From NCBI RefSeq assembly GCF_009914755.1, contig NC_060929.1: DNA of 64,000 nt; one strand, 5' to 3'. The translations under genes were made by a program, and so were the position numbers. Source of the DNA: the human T2T-CHM13v2.0 reference genome, Homo sapiens. Below the pieces are notes generated by a model. That model had not been told where the DNA came from. It saw only the letters and a list, made by a program, of their open reading frames with translations, and did no database searches. This document shows, in pieces, positions 28,321 through 42,929 of the stretch (positions are counted from its first letter, which is position 1; every line of letters begins with the position of its first letter).

Positions 28321-28820
28321 TGATACGGTTTGACTCTGTTGGAAATAAAGCTCAGAATCTTAAGGAAACTGAGCACTCAAACAAAGGATTTTCAGCGAAG
28401 CAATTTTACTTCTGTGCAGAGGGGTGCTTCTCCTTGGCCAGTCACCATGAGAGCACACCAGAACAAAGGGTCTCTGTGTCCGCACTCAAATCTCATCTTG
28501 AATTGTAATCCCCATGTGTCTAGGGAGGGACCTGGTGGGAGATGATTGGATCATTGGGGTGGTTTCTCCCATGCTGTTCTCCTGATAGTGAGTGAATTCT
28601 CATGAGACCTGATGGTTTAAAAGTGGTACTTCCCCATTCACTCCCTCTCTCTCCTGCCACTTTGTCAAGAAGGTTCTTGCTTTTCCTTTGCCTTCCACCA
28701 TGACTATAAGTTTCCTGAGGCCTCCCCAGCCATGCAGAACCTAGTCAATTAAACCTCTTGTTTATAAATTGCCTAGTCTCAGGTAGTATCTTCATATCAG
28801 TTTGAAAATGGACTAATACA
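28321..28820 (+). mobile_element. THE1D/MSTA-type 3' LTR with an insertion of about 135 bp
   Basis: 'tgatacggtttgactc[insert]ctctgtgtccgcactcaaatctc...ggactaataca', homologous to 24616-24981. Confidence 0.92.
28337..28471 (-). mobile_element. Orphan ERV LTR 3'-terminal fragment
   Basis: Absent from the 5' LTR; reverse strand ends ...TTTATTTCCAACA (LTR-like CA terminus) and has an AGTAAA-type signal upstream; family not identified. Confidence 0.55.
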
Positions 28821-28992
28821 GTGTCCCTCCAAAAAAATTAAAAAATTAGCCAGGTGGTGGTGGTGTGGGCTTACGATCTCAGCTGCTTGGGAGGATTGAG
28901 CCAGGAGTTTGAGGTTGCTGACAGCCATGATTACACTACTTTACTGCACTCCAGCCTGGGTGACAGTGAGATGCTATCTTGGAAAAAAAAAA
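28821..28992 (+). mobile_element. AluJ right part
   Basis: Linker, right arm and A tail; whole-Alu TSD aaaatt(t/g)aacttttcaa at 24483-24499 and 28989-29005. Confidence 0.9.
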
Positions 28993-29299
28993 TTGAACTT
29001 TTCAATTGTTTCCCCACTATTTACTATCATATTTCAAATGTATTTTTAGTCCATTATTCCTATTCTTTGGTGTTTGTTGAAGTGAAAAATTAGAATAATA
29101 GGACTCAATTGAAATATCCAAAATATCAAGTTATGATAAACACACAGGTTTCTAATGTAAGTATTATATAAGCTTATATTTGTAGAATAATTATAGTGTA
29201 CAGAAAAATTATTTGGACAATTGTACACCAAGGTCTGAATAGTGTTTGCCTTGGGTGGGTGGAATTATTTTGCTTATTTATATATTTTTTAATCAATTT

Positions 29300-29684
29300 G
29301 ACAAAATTTTAATAAGCTCTTATTAAATGTCAGCCATATTCTTTATGTTGAGGGTATAACAATGAAGAAAAAAGAAAAATTTGCCCTGATTGAAGGTACA
29401 TACTTGTAGGAGTAGGAAGCAGACAAAAGAATTAAGTAAGATATATCACAGGCCAAACAGTGACAAGCACTATGGAGATAAATGAAGCAGGGAAGGGGGC
29501 TACAGCATGTTGGGGAGGGGTTCCAATTTTAAATAGGGTCACCAGGGAGGTCTGACTGTCGAGGTTACTTTTGAGTGAAGATCTAAAGGAAATGAGAGCC
29601 TGAGCCAGGTGGATATCTGGGGGGAAAAGCGAGCCAGCAGAAAGAGTATCAAGTACAAAAGGCTTGCTAGAGGAGCATGCCTGG

Positions 29685-29742
<58 letters not shown>

Positions 29743-30330
29743 TTGTGTGTGTGTGTAGTGAGACAAGGAGGTCAGAGGACTGGTGCAGAATCAGCCATGA
29801 GGAAGAGTAGGAGAAGGTGAGTTAGAGAGGTAGCGAGAGAGCCAAGTCATGTGTAGTCTTATAGGCCATTGTGAAGACTTAGACTTTCACTCAGCCAGCT
29901 AGAAAGCCACTGGGGGTGCTGAGCAGAGAAGTGACATAATCTATGTTATGTTTTATGTGTATCACTTTGACTGCCCCTTTGGGAATAACCTGTAGCAGGG
30001 ACAATGGTGGAAGCAGGAGACTATGGGTGAGAGGTGATGGGGGCTTGGATCAAGGTGATAGCAGTGGAAGTGGGGAACAGTGGTTAGTGGTTACAGTATT
30101 GATACATTTTGAAGTTATAGTCTACAGGACTTGCTTACATATACAGAACATGGACTTATGAGATAAATAGAGTAGTCAGAAAGGAATCCAAGCTTCTCGG
30201 CCTAAACAAATAGAAGCTTAGAACTAAGTTAATAGAAATGGAGAAGTCTATAGTGAGATAAAGATCAGGAGGCAAGATCAGGAGCTCAGTTTTGAACATA
30301 AGTTTGATACGTTTATTAGTCATCTAAGAT
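29300..30330 (-). mobile_element. LINE-2 fragment of about 1 kb
   Basis: 'ataggccattgtgaagactt...agaaagccactgggggtgctgagcagagaagtgacat...gagctcagttttgaacat'. Confidence 0.8.
29688..29757. repeat. Long interrupted (TG)n microsatellite
   Basis: About 70 bp of TG with two TT interruptions. Confidence 0.93.
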
Positions 30331-30662
30331 GTTTCTGTAATGAGAATGCATTGTTTTTGAAATTGGGGAAAAACAATAAAAACTTTCAAAAGGCATTCTA
30401 TTGTGGGACTGGGTTGTTTCAACGAGTCCTCTATTGTTGGCCTGAATTATTCAGTTTCTGTGGCAAAATTGTTTTCAGTCAAACCATCTGGAACTGGTGT
30501 ATGCAGGGGGCCACTCTGGGTAACCACAAAGCACACTTGCTCCTGGGACTGCCCTGCTTAAAAGAAAGTCAAAAGCAGTCTCAGCACTGCTTTGCTATCT
30601 TGGCTGTCAGGGCCATTGATTCAACTGATTTCCTAGATGCTTGTTTTAACTCCCTAATCCCA

Positions 30663-30940
<278 letters not shown>

Positions 30941-31232
30941 GCTTACCTGAAGCTTTTAGGATCCAGTGTCCCTGGACCCTTAGTTCTTACTATCCCCTGA
31001 TAGTAAACACCTATCCTATTACCACCATGCTGCCATTAGTTAATTCACAATACATTTCTTGAATACCTGTTTTGTGCAAAGCACTGGACAAAGCATTTTT
31101 GGGACAACAAAGAAGCTGAGATATGATATTGAAACTCTAGGAGGTTGCAGTGCTGTCGGGGAATGTAAGGCTATATAACAGGAGTGTGATGGACAAGTAT
31201 TTGATATCATGGAAGGGAATCCAAGGCTCTGA

Positions 31233-31541
<309 letters not shown>

Positions 31542-33269
31542 CAAGGCTCTGATTTTTGTAGTGATGACCTGCTTGGTCTCACCAGCTTCAGCACTTTTAT
31601 AATGCCAGTGACTATAGACTTTTATCAGAGGCTTGCTGTACTTTTCAATTGCTAAAAAAATTTAGCATTTGTTGTTTTTACCCGAGTATAAAGTAACAGA
31701 TACTCATTGCATAAAATGTGGGAAAATCAGGAAAACATGGAGGAAAAAAAAACCTGAGAATTTTATCACCCAGAGATAGAATGTTACTGTTAATATTTTG
31801 TGTCTTTCTTCTCAATCTTTTTTTAAAAGATTTATTGTTGGCATTTTCCTGTATCACGAATATTCTTTAAAAGAATGCTTTTAAGTAGCTGAATGGAACT
31901 GATGTCCCATTTATTTTGGGGTATGGTTGAACCTTTTCATATTTTCATAAGTAAGTTCCTCCTTCCTGGGCTACATAGGTTGGTTGTTGAGGCTGTTCCA
32001 AGGTACCTGGGAGAGAGTAGAGTCTCATGAACATGAGGGTGTGCCCATATGGAGTGCACTTGGGTGGCAGGGGTGCAGTCACTTGGGGCAGCAGCACTTA
32101 ATCCATGCTTCTGCCCAAGTCTGCACATACATGAGCATAGTGGAGACCACAACTGAAATTTCAGAGAGGACCCACTTTCTGTTTGAAAATCGGATTGACC
32201 TTGGTAGACTCCGCATTGGTAGACCAAGAAACTCTGAAATCATATAATTTTAATACTGATCCTTTTTTATGAAAGACATCAATAGTTATGTTTGTCAAGG
32301 GGGTCAATAGAAATGCCATAGGGCCCTTCTCTCGAAAAGTAGAAAATGATCAAAGGAAGGTGGAAGAAAGTGGTATAACAGCTCCCCTGATAATATAGAT
32401 GAGATTCCTCAGTGGGATTCCTTTGTGGGGAGACCTTAGGAGAAGAGAGGGAAAAAAATACAGAAAAAAAATTGGAAAGACTTGTAATTTAAAAACCAAT
32501 AATGCTTTTCAAGGCTGGTATGTAAAACTTGCCCTTCTCTTTGGCTATTCCAGCCACAGATGAATGTTTTCTTGCCAATTAGAACATTCTTGGTGTGTTT
32601 TCCTTTGCTTCATGTGATGTTTGTTGTGAACCCATGTTCGTCATTATCTATAAATTAATTTCTGCCATTGTAATAAATTGTAGGAACACCAATAAAACCA
32701 CAATGTACAGTTAAATCTTTTTTTCTTTTTCCTTTTTTTTTTTTTTTTTTGCTGGGTTTTAATTTTTTTCCCCTGTGGGAAAGACAAAGTAAATAAAACA
32801 AAACAAAAACATTTCCAGTAGTGGATGGGTGGTTTATGGAATACATTTTAACCACCATTTTTCTTAGTCTTTTCAATTACTGTGTGTATCTCCCATTTGC
32901 TTAAGGCTTCTCAATCACCTTTCTTGGTTGGAATAGTGAAGAATTAATCATGAGGATCAGGGTTGACGGAAAGGAATTGATGGAGTATCTTTTCTTTTGG
33001 CAAGCAATGCCAAAGGTAATGATCAATACTTCTTTAAAGGTACCCAAACCAGGAAAGCAAGTAGAGAATTAGTGGTATCAATAAAATGATCATGTATAAA
33101 ACATTTATTAGGGTGACATAAAGTTGTCAAAAATTCTTCACTTTTTAAACTTCACTTTCAGACTTTTCTGAGAAAGACTTTGTCAGGAATTTTGGAGGAA
33201 GTAGTTGTGAATGCTGTAGAAGAGCATCTCCCCAAATGAGTCCCATAGAATGTTAAAGAGTAGACTGGA

Positions 33270-33782
33270 TGTCTATTATTTGTGCCTGCCTTGAAGGCAT
33301 TTCCTTCTGCTGGAAGCAATAACCCTCATCATCACTGGTCCATGTGGTTTGGGTGTGACTGAGGGCCATATGTACAGCTCCAGAGGTAGGCACTGGCTCA
33401 GGACTATGAAGTCAGTACATTCCTTCTCCCCAGTCTCAAGAATTGGTGCAGCAGTGACTATTGACCAAAGACAGTCCAGTGAGATTTCTTCTAGGCTCTT
33501 TTTGAAATTATTGAGGGAGGGAGAGAAACCCCTTTTTTCACCGGGGCTGCTGAAAGAGAGAATGTAAGCTCAGTGCAGATGGTCATCTTTCTGCTTTGTG
33601 AAAGGAGCCTGTTTGAATGAAGCCAACAAAAAGGTGTAGTGCCCAGAAATGGAGACAGAGTGAGTCTTCATGATACTGTCCAAGGCCTAGAGTCCTGCCA
33701 GGCCTAAAGCTAGCCCTGTCCTGGTCTTAAATAAAACTAATTTTTTCTGTTTTCACCAGTTTTTATTGGGCTTCTCTCACTC
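33270..33782 (+). mobile_element. Old MLT1-type MaLR LTR
   Basis: 'catgtggtttgggtg...gaagccaaca...gatactgtcc...gccaggcctaaagctag...aataaaa...ttgggcttctctcact'. Confidence 0.55.
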
Positions 33783-33887
33783 GCCACTTGGATCAATCAC
33801 TTGGGATTGATTTTGGAGTTTTGGCTAATTGAAAAAGTGTGATGTGAAGGTCTATCATTAGACATGTGTGAGAAATCCTGGGCATAT

Positions 33888-34230
33888 TAGTTTGGGTTGG
33901 CCCAGAAATAGACTCTGCAGTTGAATGTGCATGCTAGTAGTTTATCTGGGAGATGGGAGTGGGGAAGTAAGGAATGGAAGGCACCTGATTAAGGGGAGCT
34001 TCTCCAGCCAGCAACCACTGTGGGTGGCTGGAACTAACTTAACTGCATGAGGAAACGATAGGAGACAGTGTTAAGCATATGACTCTGAGTTATCCCCACC
34101 AAGAAGCAAGGGAGCTGGGATACCTCAACTTCCATCAGTTATTGCTTTAGGACTGTTCTTAGGTATGTGTTAATTTCTTGGTATTTCAGGCCTGCTCTGC
34201 AAGCAGTCAGAACAGCCTTCTAAGGCTTAG
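33888..34230 (-). mobile_element. ERVL LTR33/LTR16-like fragment
   Basis: 'ttgggttggcccagaaatagactctg...gtagtttatctgggag'. Confidence 0.5.
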
Positions 34231-34564
34231 AGAGAGGGAGAGGGAAGAAAAGAGAAAGAGAGAGGGAGAAACAGAGACTTAAGACAAAGAGGTACAGAAG
34301 GAAGTCAGTAGGATGCAGGGGTGTGGGCTAAACAAAGCTGTGATTTCTTTACTTCAGGACTTCTCAGAACCTCCAATATGCTAACGTAGATATTGAATAT
34401 CCAAAAGTGAAGTTATGACATGCAATGTTTTCCAAGTCTATTTCACCACAGAACCTTTGTTTTGCGGATTATTTTTGGACTTGTAGTTGTAGCACATACT
34501 TTGAGAAATGCTGTCTTAGAATATCCTGGACTTAAGGCATAACCGACTATAAAAATTCGTAGGA

Positions 34565-35198
34565 GTTGAAAACCAAACATCGTATGTTCTCACTCCTACG
34601 TGGGAACTAAGCTATGAGGATGCAAAAACACAAGAATAATACAATGGACTTTGGGGACTTGGGGAAAGGGCAGGAGGGGGGTGAGGGATAAAACTATACA
34701 TTGAGTACAGTGTACACTGCTCAGATGATGGGTGCACTAAAATCTCAGAAACCACCACTGTTATGGTTTGGCTGTGTCCCCACCCAAATCTCCTCTTGAA
34801 TTGTAGTTCCCATAATCCCCATGTGTGGTGGGAGGGACCTGGTGGGAGGTAACTGAATCATGGGGGCGGTTCCCCCATGCTATTCTCGTGATAGTGAGTA
34901 ACTTCTAATGAGATCTGATGGTTTTATAAGGCACTTCCTCCTTTGCTCAGCTCACATTCTTCTCCTTGCTGCCACCATGTGAAGAAGGATGTGTTTGCTT
35001 CCCCTTCTGCCATGACTGTAAGTTTCCTGAGGCCTCTCCAACCTTGCTGAACTGTGAGCCAATCAAACCTCTTTCCTTTATAAATTACCCAGTCTCGAGT
35101 ATTTCTTCAGAGCAGTGTAAGAATGGACAAATACAACAACTAAACTCATTAATGTACCCAAACACCACCTGTTCCCCCAAAACCTATTGAAATAAAAG
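34565..35198 (+). mobile_element. 5'-truncated L1PB 3' end, split by a THE1 LTR
   Basis: 'aaaaccaaacatcgtatgttctcact...ctaagctatgaggatgcaaa...ccaaaacctattgaaataaa'; TSD aaatt(c/t)gtagga at 34553-34564 and 35199-35210. Confidence 0.88.
34759..35135 (+). mobile_element. THE1 (THE1C-like) solo LTR
   Basis: 'tgttatggtttggctgtgtccccacccaaatctc...aaataca'; 5-bp TSD accac/acaac. Confidence 0.92.
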
Positions 35199-35308
35199 AA
35201 ATTTGTAGGACTTTATGGCATCCACCTCAAAATTTTGAAGTAACCATTGGGTAAACTGTCAAACCTTTGGACAACAAGCATAATTATTATATTTAAAAAA
35301 ATGTAACA

Positions 35309-35609
35309 GGCCAGATGCAGTGGTTCGTGCCTGTAAATCCAAACAGTTTGGGAGACTGAGGCAGGAGGATTGCTTGAGGTCAGGAGTTTGAGGTCAGCCT
35401 GGGCAACATAGTGAGACCCTGCCTCTCCAAATATAAAAAAATTTAGCAAGATGTAGTGTACATACCTATAGTCCCAGTTACTCAGGAGTCTGAGGTGGGG
35501 AAGATTGCTTGAGCCTGGGAGGTGAAGGCTGCAATGAACCATGATGGCACTATTGCACTCCAGCCTGGGTGACAGAGTGAAACCCTGTCTCGAAAAAAGA
35601 AAAAAAAAA
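35309..35609 (+). mobile_element. AluJ
   Basis: Diverged dimer with A tail. Confidence 0.92.
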
Positions 35610-37421
35610 TGACTATTGTAGATGATTCTATTGTCTTATCATTTGAAGGGTGAGGCAGCAAAGGCACAGAGTTTCACTCACATGATTAAGGCTGTTAACA
35701 AGTTTGTGCGAAGTCAGGACTAGCGTCTAAACTCAGGGTTCCCTCTTTCCCCTAACTAAGCTGACTTTGTGGATCACGCATTTTAAATTAAACTCAAGGC
35801 TACGTTGGAACAACATTCTGTCCTGTAATCTTCCACATATGTTGCTAGTCTTCACCACTTTTCTTTGTCGATAAGTATTTAACAGGTAGCAGAATCTTGG
35901 TTGTTTTTGTTTTGTTTCGTTTTTAAGCTCAGTTTTGCAAATAAAGGTCTTGGGCACTGTGTACCCTTTTCCTTGGCTGGCTGGCAGGCAGCCTCCATTC
36001 TCTAGACTTGGGATTTGCCCTGGCTTTGTCAAGAAGCCTATTTTTCTTTCCACTTGCATTTCTAGATCATGGTCATTAATATTCGTAAGCTTATGATGTC
36101 AGTGAGTCAGAGAGACTAGTTAGGTCAAGAACTGCAGTCATGAACTTGCTTGTGGATGATTTCTTGTACTATTGAGTATGATTATGAACAGTAGCTTTAA
36201 TGTGTAGCCATATCCATTTGGCAATTGCAGGCATCCTAAGATCTTGGCAGATGTGCATACAATAGGCATATACCCACACAAAGGCTTAGCATGCTGACTT
36301 CTGGTTACCCAGGATGCTTTGCCCAAGTAAGTGGGTTTTTATGTCCAGGGACATGGCCTTGGTTCTCAGATGGAGAGAGATAATGGGAAGGCATTTCTGC
36401 AGAAGATAAAGAACAGGGAGTTATTGTTTGTTCTTATCCTGTGTTCCTAGGGTGATAAATGGAAATGAATAGGGTTTTCTGCTGGTTGTTTCTGACCATC
36501 AACCTTTTTATGCTGTCAACTATATGTTCTTATATATTGATGGTCACAAACTTGAGGTGTAAATCATTGAAGGTCTGTATAGTAAAGGCAGTAACAAAAG
36601 ATGTTCTAGTAATCAGTAATATTATTGCCAAGCATGGCCTCTCCTATTCATTTCTGCTCATCCTCCAGGACAAAGGAAAAGAAATGCACAGTTCATTAGG
36701 TAACTAAGTTGTGAAAGTAGTGCCATTTTTCTTGAAACAGTAATAGAGATTTAAAGGCTTGTTTTCATTAAAATTGCTGGGTGAAAATATCTACACTGTA
36801 CCTTTATTATGATTTATTTCTATGTACTATGTATAAATACCAAATATTTAACCAGCCTTCTCATTCTCTCATTTCTGGGAGTTCAAAATTTAGTACTAGG
36901 TTTTAAATGATATTATCTACATGCGGGGAAACTGTCTTAAACATGTTTCTTTATTATATAGCTCTGGCTAAAACATGGGTCAAATTATACACACTGAAAC
37001 ATATTTCTATAGAATAAATTCTCAATACAGTGTGATAAGCTTGTAAGTGGTTAGTTTTATCATATAATAGTAGTATTTTAATGGAATGGCTATTACCATT
37101 AGAAATATCCCTCAAGTTTTAGCAGTCACTCATATGGCCTCATAATGGTGCTTATCATCTGGTGAATACAAAAGTAAGAGAGAGACATGGTTTTTGCTTT
37201 CAAGGAGTTAATAATCAGTCTGGCTAGACATGTATTTCTGTGATAAATAGAAGGTAATAAAACTCAGATATCATCAAGGCAGTAGATTGTGTGATGTAGA
37301 CTTTGAGAGAGATACGCATTTATAAGAAGGAAGACCATTGTGGGCTGAGGATGTTGAAAAGGACTTCTTGCAGGAGGGGAGGCAGACTTTATTCAGAATT
37401 TCATACCTCTGGGGCTCTGAA

Positions 37422-37722
37422 TTTTTTTTTTTTTTTTTAATTTGGAGACGGAGTCTCACTCTGTCACTCAAGCTGGAGCAGTGGTGCGATCTTGGCTAAC
37501 TGCAACCTCCGCCTCCCAGGTTCAAGCAATTCTCCTGGCTCAGCCTCCCAAGTAGCTGGGATTACAGGCACCCACTGCCATGCCTGGCTAATTTTTGTAT
37601 TTTCAGTAGAGACCAGGTTTCATCATGTTGGCCAGGCTGGTCTCAAACTCCTGACTTCAGGTGATCCACCTGCCTCAGGCTCCCAGAGTGCTGGGATTAC
37701 AGGCATGAGACACTTTGCCTGG
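37422..37722 (-). mobile_element. AluSx-like
   Basis: TSD tggggctctgaa at 37410-37421 and 37723-37734. Confidence 0.94.
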
Positions 37723-38044
37723 TGGGGCTCTGAAATTTATTGCTGAGTTCTCTATATGCTCAATGCTTGTGGGTCCACATCAAGTCCAATTCATTTGAGC
37801 TTGCAGGTGGACCCAACGGGGCTGACTCTCCTACAAATATTCTGTTCACTTACCAAAGCAAGTGACTATTCAGACAGTATTTTGCATGGTATATCTTTTC
37901 TTTTCATATTACCTTCGGGTAGACACTACTAAAAGGTACAAAGACATGCTACACATTTTATTTTTTGCTTCAATCCACTCTCTTGAAAAGAAAGGGCTTT
38001 TCTCTAATGAGTAATGTGTTATGAGTGCTTTTCTCAAAAGAGTA

Positions 38045-38295
38045 GTGTGTTGTAGTAGAAAGAGCAATGAGGTTGGAAGTCAGGAGATTCAGATTTGAGT
38101 CCTGGTCCCAGCATTTCCTAAGGGATGTTGATCAGCTAATTGAACTCCTCCTAGTGTCAGTTTTCTCATCTATAAAATGGAAAAATATGACATACTCCAT
38201 CTATCTCTTATGTTGTTGTAAGGATCAAAAGAGATAATGCAAGTAAAAATATGTTTATAACCTGCAGTACCTGATACATATATGAGGTATTATTA
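38045..38295 (+). mobile_element. MIR, near full length
   Basis: 'gtagtagaaagagca...gtcaggaga...tcagttttctcatctataaaatgg...gttgtaaggatcaaaagagataatg'. Confidence 0.8.
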
Positions 38296-38401
38296 ATGCA
38301 ACCTTAAACAAATACATCATTTTCCTCATCTGCAAAATGGAGACGGGAATTGTATCTATGTCATTGGATTTCTCTAAGTAGTCAATGGAATAAACCATTT
38401 A

Positions 38402-38726
<325 letters not shown>

Positions 38727-39869
38727 TCATGGCAAATAGTAAGTACTCATTAAATCCAAAGATTCCAAAGATAAAAAAACTTGTGACCTAAAAAGACCCT
38801 TTAGATCTTAAAGCCCTCCAAAAAAGTTTTTGCTTGTAACGTTTTCACTAGTCAAATTCACCTTTACCTTCAATGTTAAAAATGTCAACTTTGAGTGAGG
38901 TTGATCATTCACAAAACAGTAGTTTTCTCTTTCAATCAGTGCTGCTCAGATCAAGCAGGCAAGCTGGTCATGTGGTTCTTCCTGGATGGTGCCAGCTGAG
39001 AGGGGGAATCAATTCTATCAGAGATTCTCAAAGTGTCAGCCAAGGTCTGGTCTTCTCTATTATTCATACTGTAATTTGACAGCATCCATACTTTAGTTTC
39101 TGGCATAAATTAATAATGTGATATTGAATAAATAATTATCCTGTTGAATACAAACCAGACATCACCTCATTGGTGTCTCAGTGAAACCATGGATTTTCTC
39201 CCAGGCACTTTGAGAAGGTTTTCTCAGGACCAAGTGGATGGACTTGGACCATCAGTGGTGAGTGCCTAGATAAACTGATGTCTGGATCAAAAAGTCTTTG
39301 CAGTTCCTTGGATAAGTCCTCCTTTGACCGTAGTTCTCTGTGAAGTGGCCAACAAAAAACAACAACCACAAAAATTCCGTGGGTACACAGCAGGGAAAGC
39401 TAATCAAAATCAAACAGGGAGCTTTGAGGCTGGTTTCTCCAGAAGCCTAAATATCTTATACTTGCGTATGGTTCTCAGACCTTAGGTATCCATGGATATA
39501 GTTTTGTGGAGTGGAATTGATTTCTAAAGAGGAAAATCAGGTTTTCTGGGAAAATGAAAGGCCCTAGAAGGCGTATAATTTTTTTCTCAAAATGAAGATA
39601 ATTTTTGCCAGAAGAATGTATCATAAGAGAATATCCAGCTCTTCAGTCTTTATTTCCCCCAAGGATCCTGCTTTTAGTCTTATAAACTGAAACTCACAGA
39701 GGGAGCTGTTTAAAAATTAGACTGGGGTCTGGTCAGATGTGGTCTGCTGCAGCTGGGGGTCAGTATAGTAAGGGGCCTGTTTGGAGGGAGTGCATAGTTC
39801 TCCATTAGCCCTCCAGGTTTCAGGGTATGGCAGGTTCTGCTCACTTACTCTGTTACTTCCTCACCATAC

Positions 39870-40225
39870 ACACAGTGAAACTACCTTTCCCAGCCTCCTC
39901 TGCACTCAGGTGTGCACGTGACTGAGTTCTGGCCACCAACATGTGGGTTGAAGTACTATTTGCCCCTTCCAGTCCTGGCCTCTAAGACCTCCTCTGACTC
40001 CATGTTCTTCCTTCTCTGCACCCCTGACTCAGAAATGAAGCCCAGGGAACTTTGTAAGCTGTGAATTTGTGCAGACCTGTCCATTTGTGCAGAGCCCCAA
40101 ATCAAAGGAACCTGGTTTCTGAATCATTAGTTGGAAGAGAGCTGCTTAAATGTCATGTGAAACAAATCTTTACTGTTTTAAGCCTCTGAGATTTCAGTGC
40201 TGTTTGTTACCGTGGTTGGCTTGCC
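39870..40225 (+). mobile_element. MLT1-type LTR fragment
   Basis: 'tttcccagcctcctctgca...gtgactgagttctggcca...ctttactgttttaagcctctgagattt...tttgttacc'. Confidence 0.65.
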
Positions 40226-41904
40226 TGTCTCATATGCAAGGGAAGGCAACCATCATTAAGCAGAACATCTTCTTCTCCCCTAAAGGGAAATGAATGTCTA
40301 GACTCAATTTAACAGTGCATTCTACAACTGCCACACTCATAGTCTTGTAGCAAATATTGGGTGAGCACAGGAATCTTCTGGAGCAAGATTGTTAACATGT
40401 GAGTTACTTTTCAGGAGAAGTATTTCATGCAAACTCAAAGAATGTATTTGGATAACTCAGGAGGTGACCCACCCTACCCTACACATAAGTGAATTCAAAT
40501 GGCTTGCCAGGTGTGCTTTTAGGAGTATTTTCCCAACTTTCTTCATCAGTTTTCCAGAATACTTAAAAATCCTCATTATGAGAATCATTAACCAGAGGGT
40601 TAGAAAACTACCTCAGAAAGTTCCTGTAAAAATACATGTACGTTACCTGGCAGAGGTACCAGATTAACCAATTCATACCTATTAGTAACATCTAGTGTCT
40701 CAGATTCTGAGAAGAACATACAATGTTAAAGAGATGACACAGCAGTGAGATGGAATTTTGATGGAGGCAGAGAGGGTGAGGAGAGATGAAAATGTTTAGA
40801 ATGAGGGTACTTACCACGGGTAAGGAAGATCTGGTTGGGAGACTGTGATTCAGCTGCATTCTATCCCTCTAAGCATCTCTGAAGGAATTTAGAGATCTTG
40901 AAAAGTCTGTTTGGATTCAAGCCTAGAACTGATGTTAATATTAGTTGGGCTAATCTCAGCTCATTCCAAAAATGGTGGATTAGAAAAATAAATAATCATA
41001 TGAAAAGTTTTTCCAAAATAACGTGTGTCATAGCCTGATACTCCTCCTCACCATGCTCTTTGTCATCTGGCTCCTCCAGCTTCAGCAGTTCAGCATCAAC
41101 CTTCAGCTTCTGGAAAACACCTCTCAGATAAAGCTAAAAGAAAGAAAGAGGAAAAGTAGTACTCTATCCCCTGAACTCAGAACTGCGGATTTCAGGCACC
41201 TGTGAGTTGTTAGCCAGTAACTGATATGCTCTGTGGTCTTGAGTTTGGTGGTAACCTGTATGTATCTGTCTTGCTTACCCATGTAATAAAGCTTCTATTT
41301 TACATCAGCCCCCAGCCATCTTTTATTAGCTAACTACAGACTGTGAGCGCTTTGAAGGCAGAGACATCTTCAATTACTCCGTTGTCCTGACATACAGCAC
41401 TTGGACCTGACAGGCAGTGAGGAAATGTTTACTTAATGAGCTAATCACTTATGAATCCTCACCTTTTATTTTCCTTCTTCACTGGGGGAGAGCCAGGCGA
41501 CTACCTTCACTAAATGCTATTTCCCCACAAACATATTTCTCTGAAAGACAAATTCAGTGAAGCTGAGAGTCGAGAGTGATTGTAACACATTCCTCCTGAC
41601 TTGATTTTTGCTGGATGTGCCAACTGATTTCCATTGGCTGCAGTCTGATTTTTTTTTTTTTGAGGTCTGTGGCATAGGTAGATGTTTGTTTTTCTGGCTA
41701 ATGTGCATATTCATTTTGTGTTTGCCATGGAAAAGACTCCACCTAATCTTTAAGGTATAAATGTAGTATTCAGTTGTATGGAACTCACTAAAATGCTCTC
41801 TGGATTTTCTAAACCCTGTACCCCCAGGTTCTGTTGTGACCCTGTCTTCACTTCCTTCTTTGTAGGTCTTTTTCCTTATTCCATGTTCCTCAAGGCAGAC
41901 TAGG

Positions 41905-42800
<896 letters not shown>

Positions 42801-42929
42801 ATGATTGCAGGCTCCCTGGGAAAACTTTGACTTCAGCCAAAGGCCAGGGCAGCTCCCAGTGGGACCCTCTGCCTTACCATACCATGGTAACTTCTCTCCC
42901 TTGGGCTCAGTCACACTTGCAAGCCTGTT

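Noticed and set aside
28461-28476. Similarity of the LTR-insert junction (gaacaaagggtctctg) to SVA SINE-R sequence at about 26684
   Set aside because: Too short, and half of it is THE1 LTR sequence; probably coincidental.
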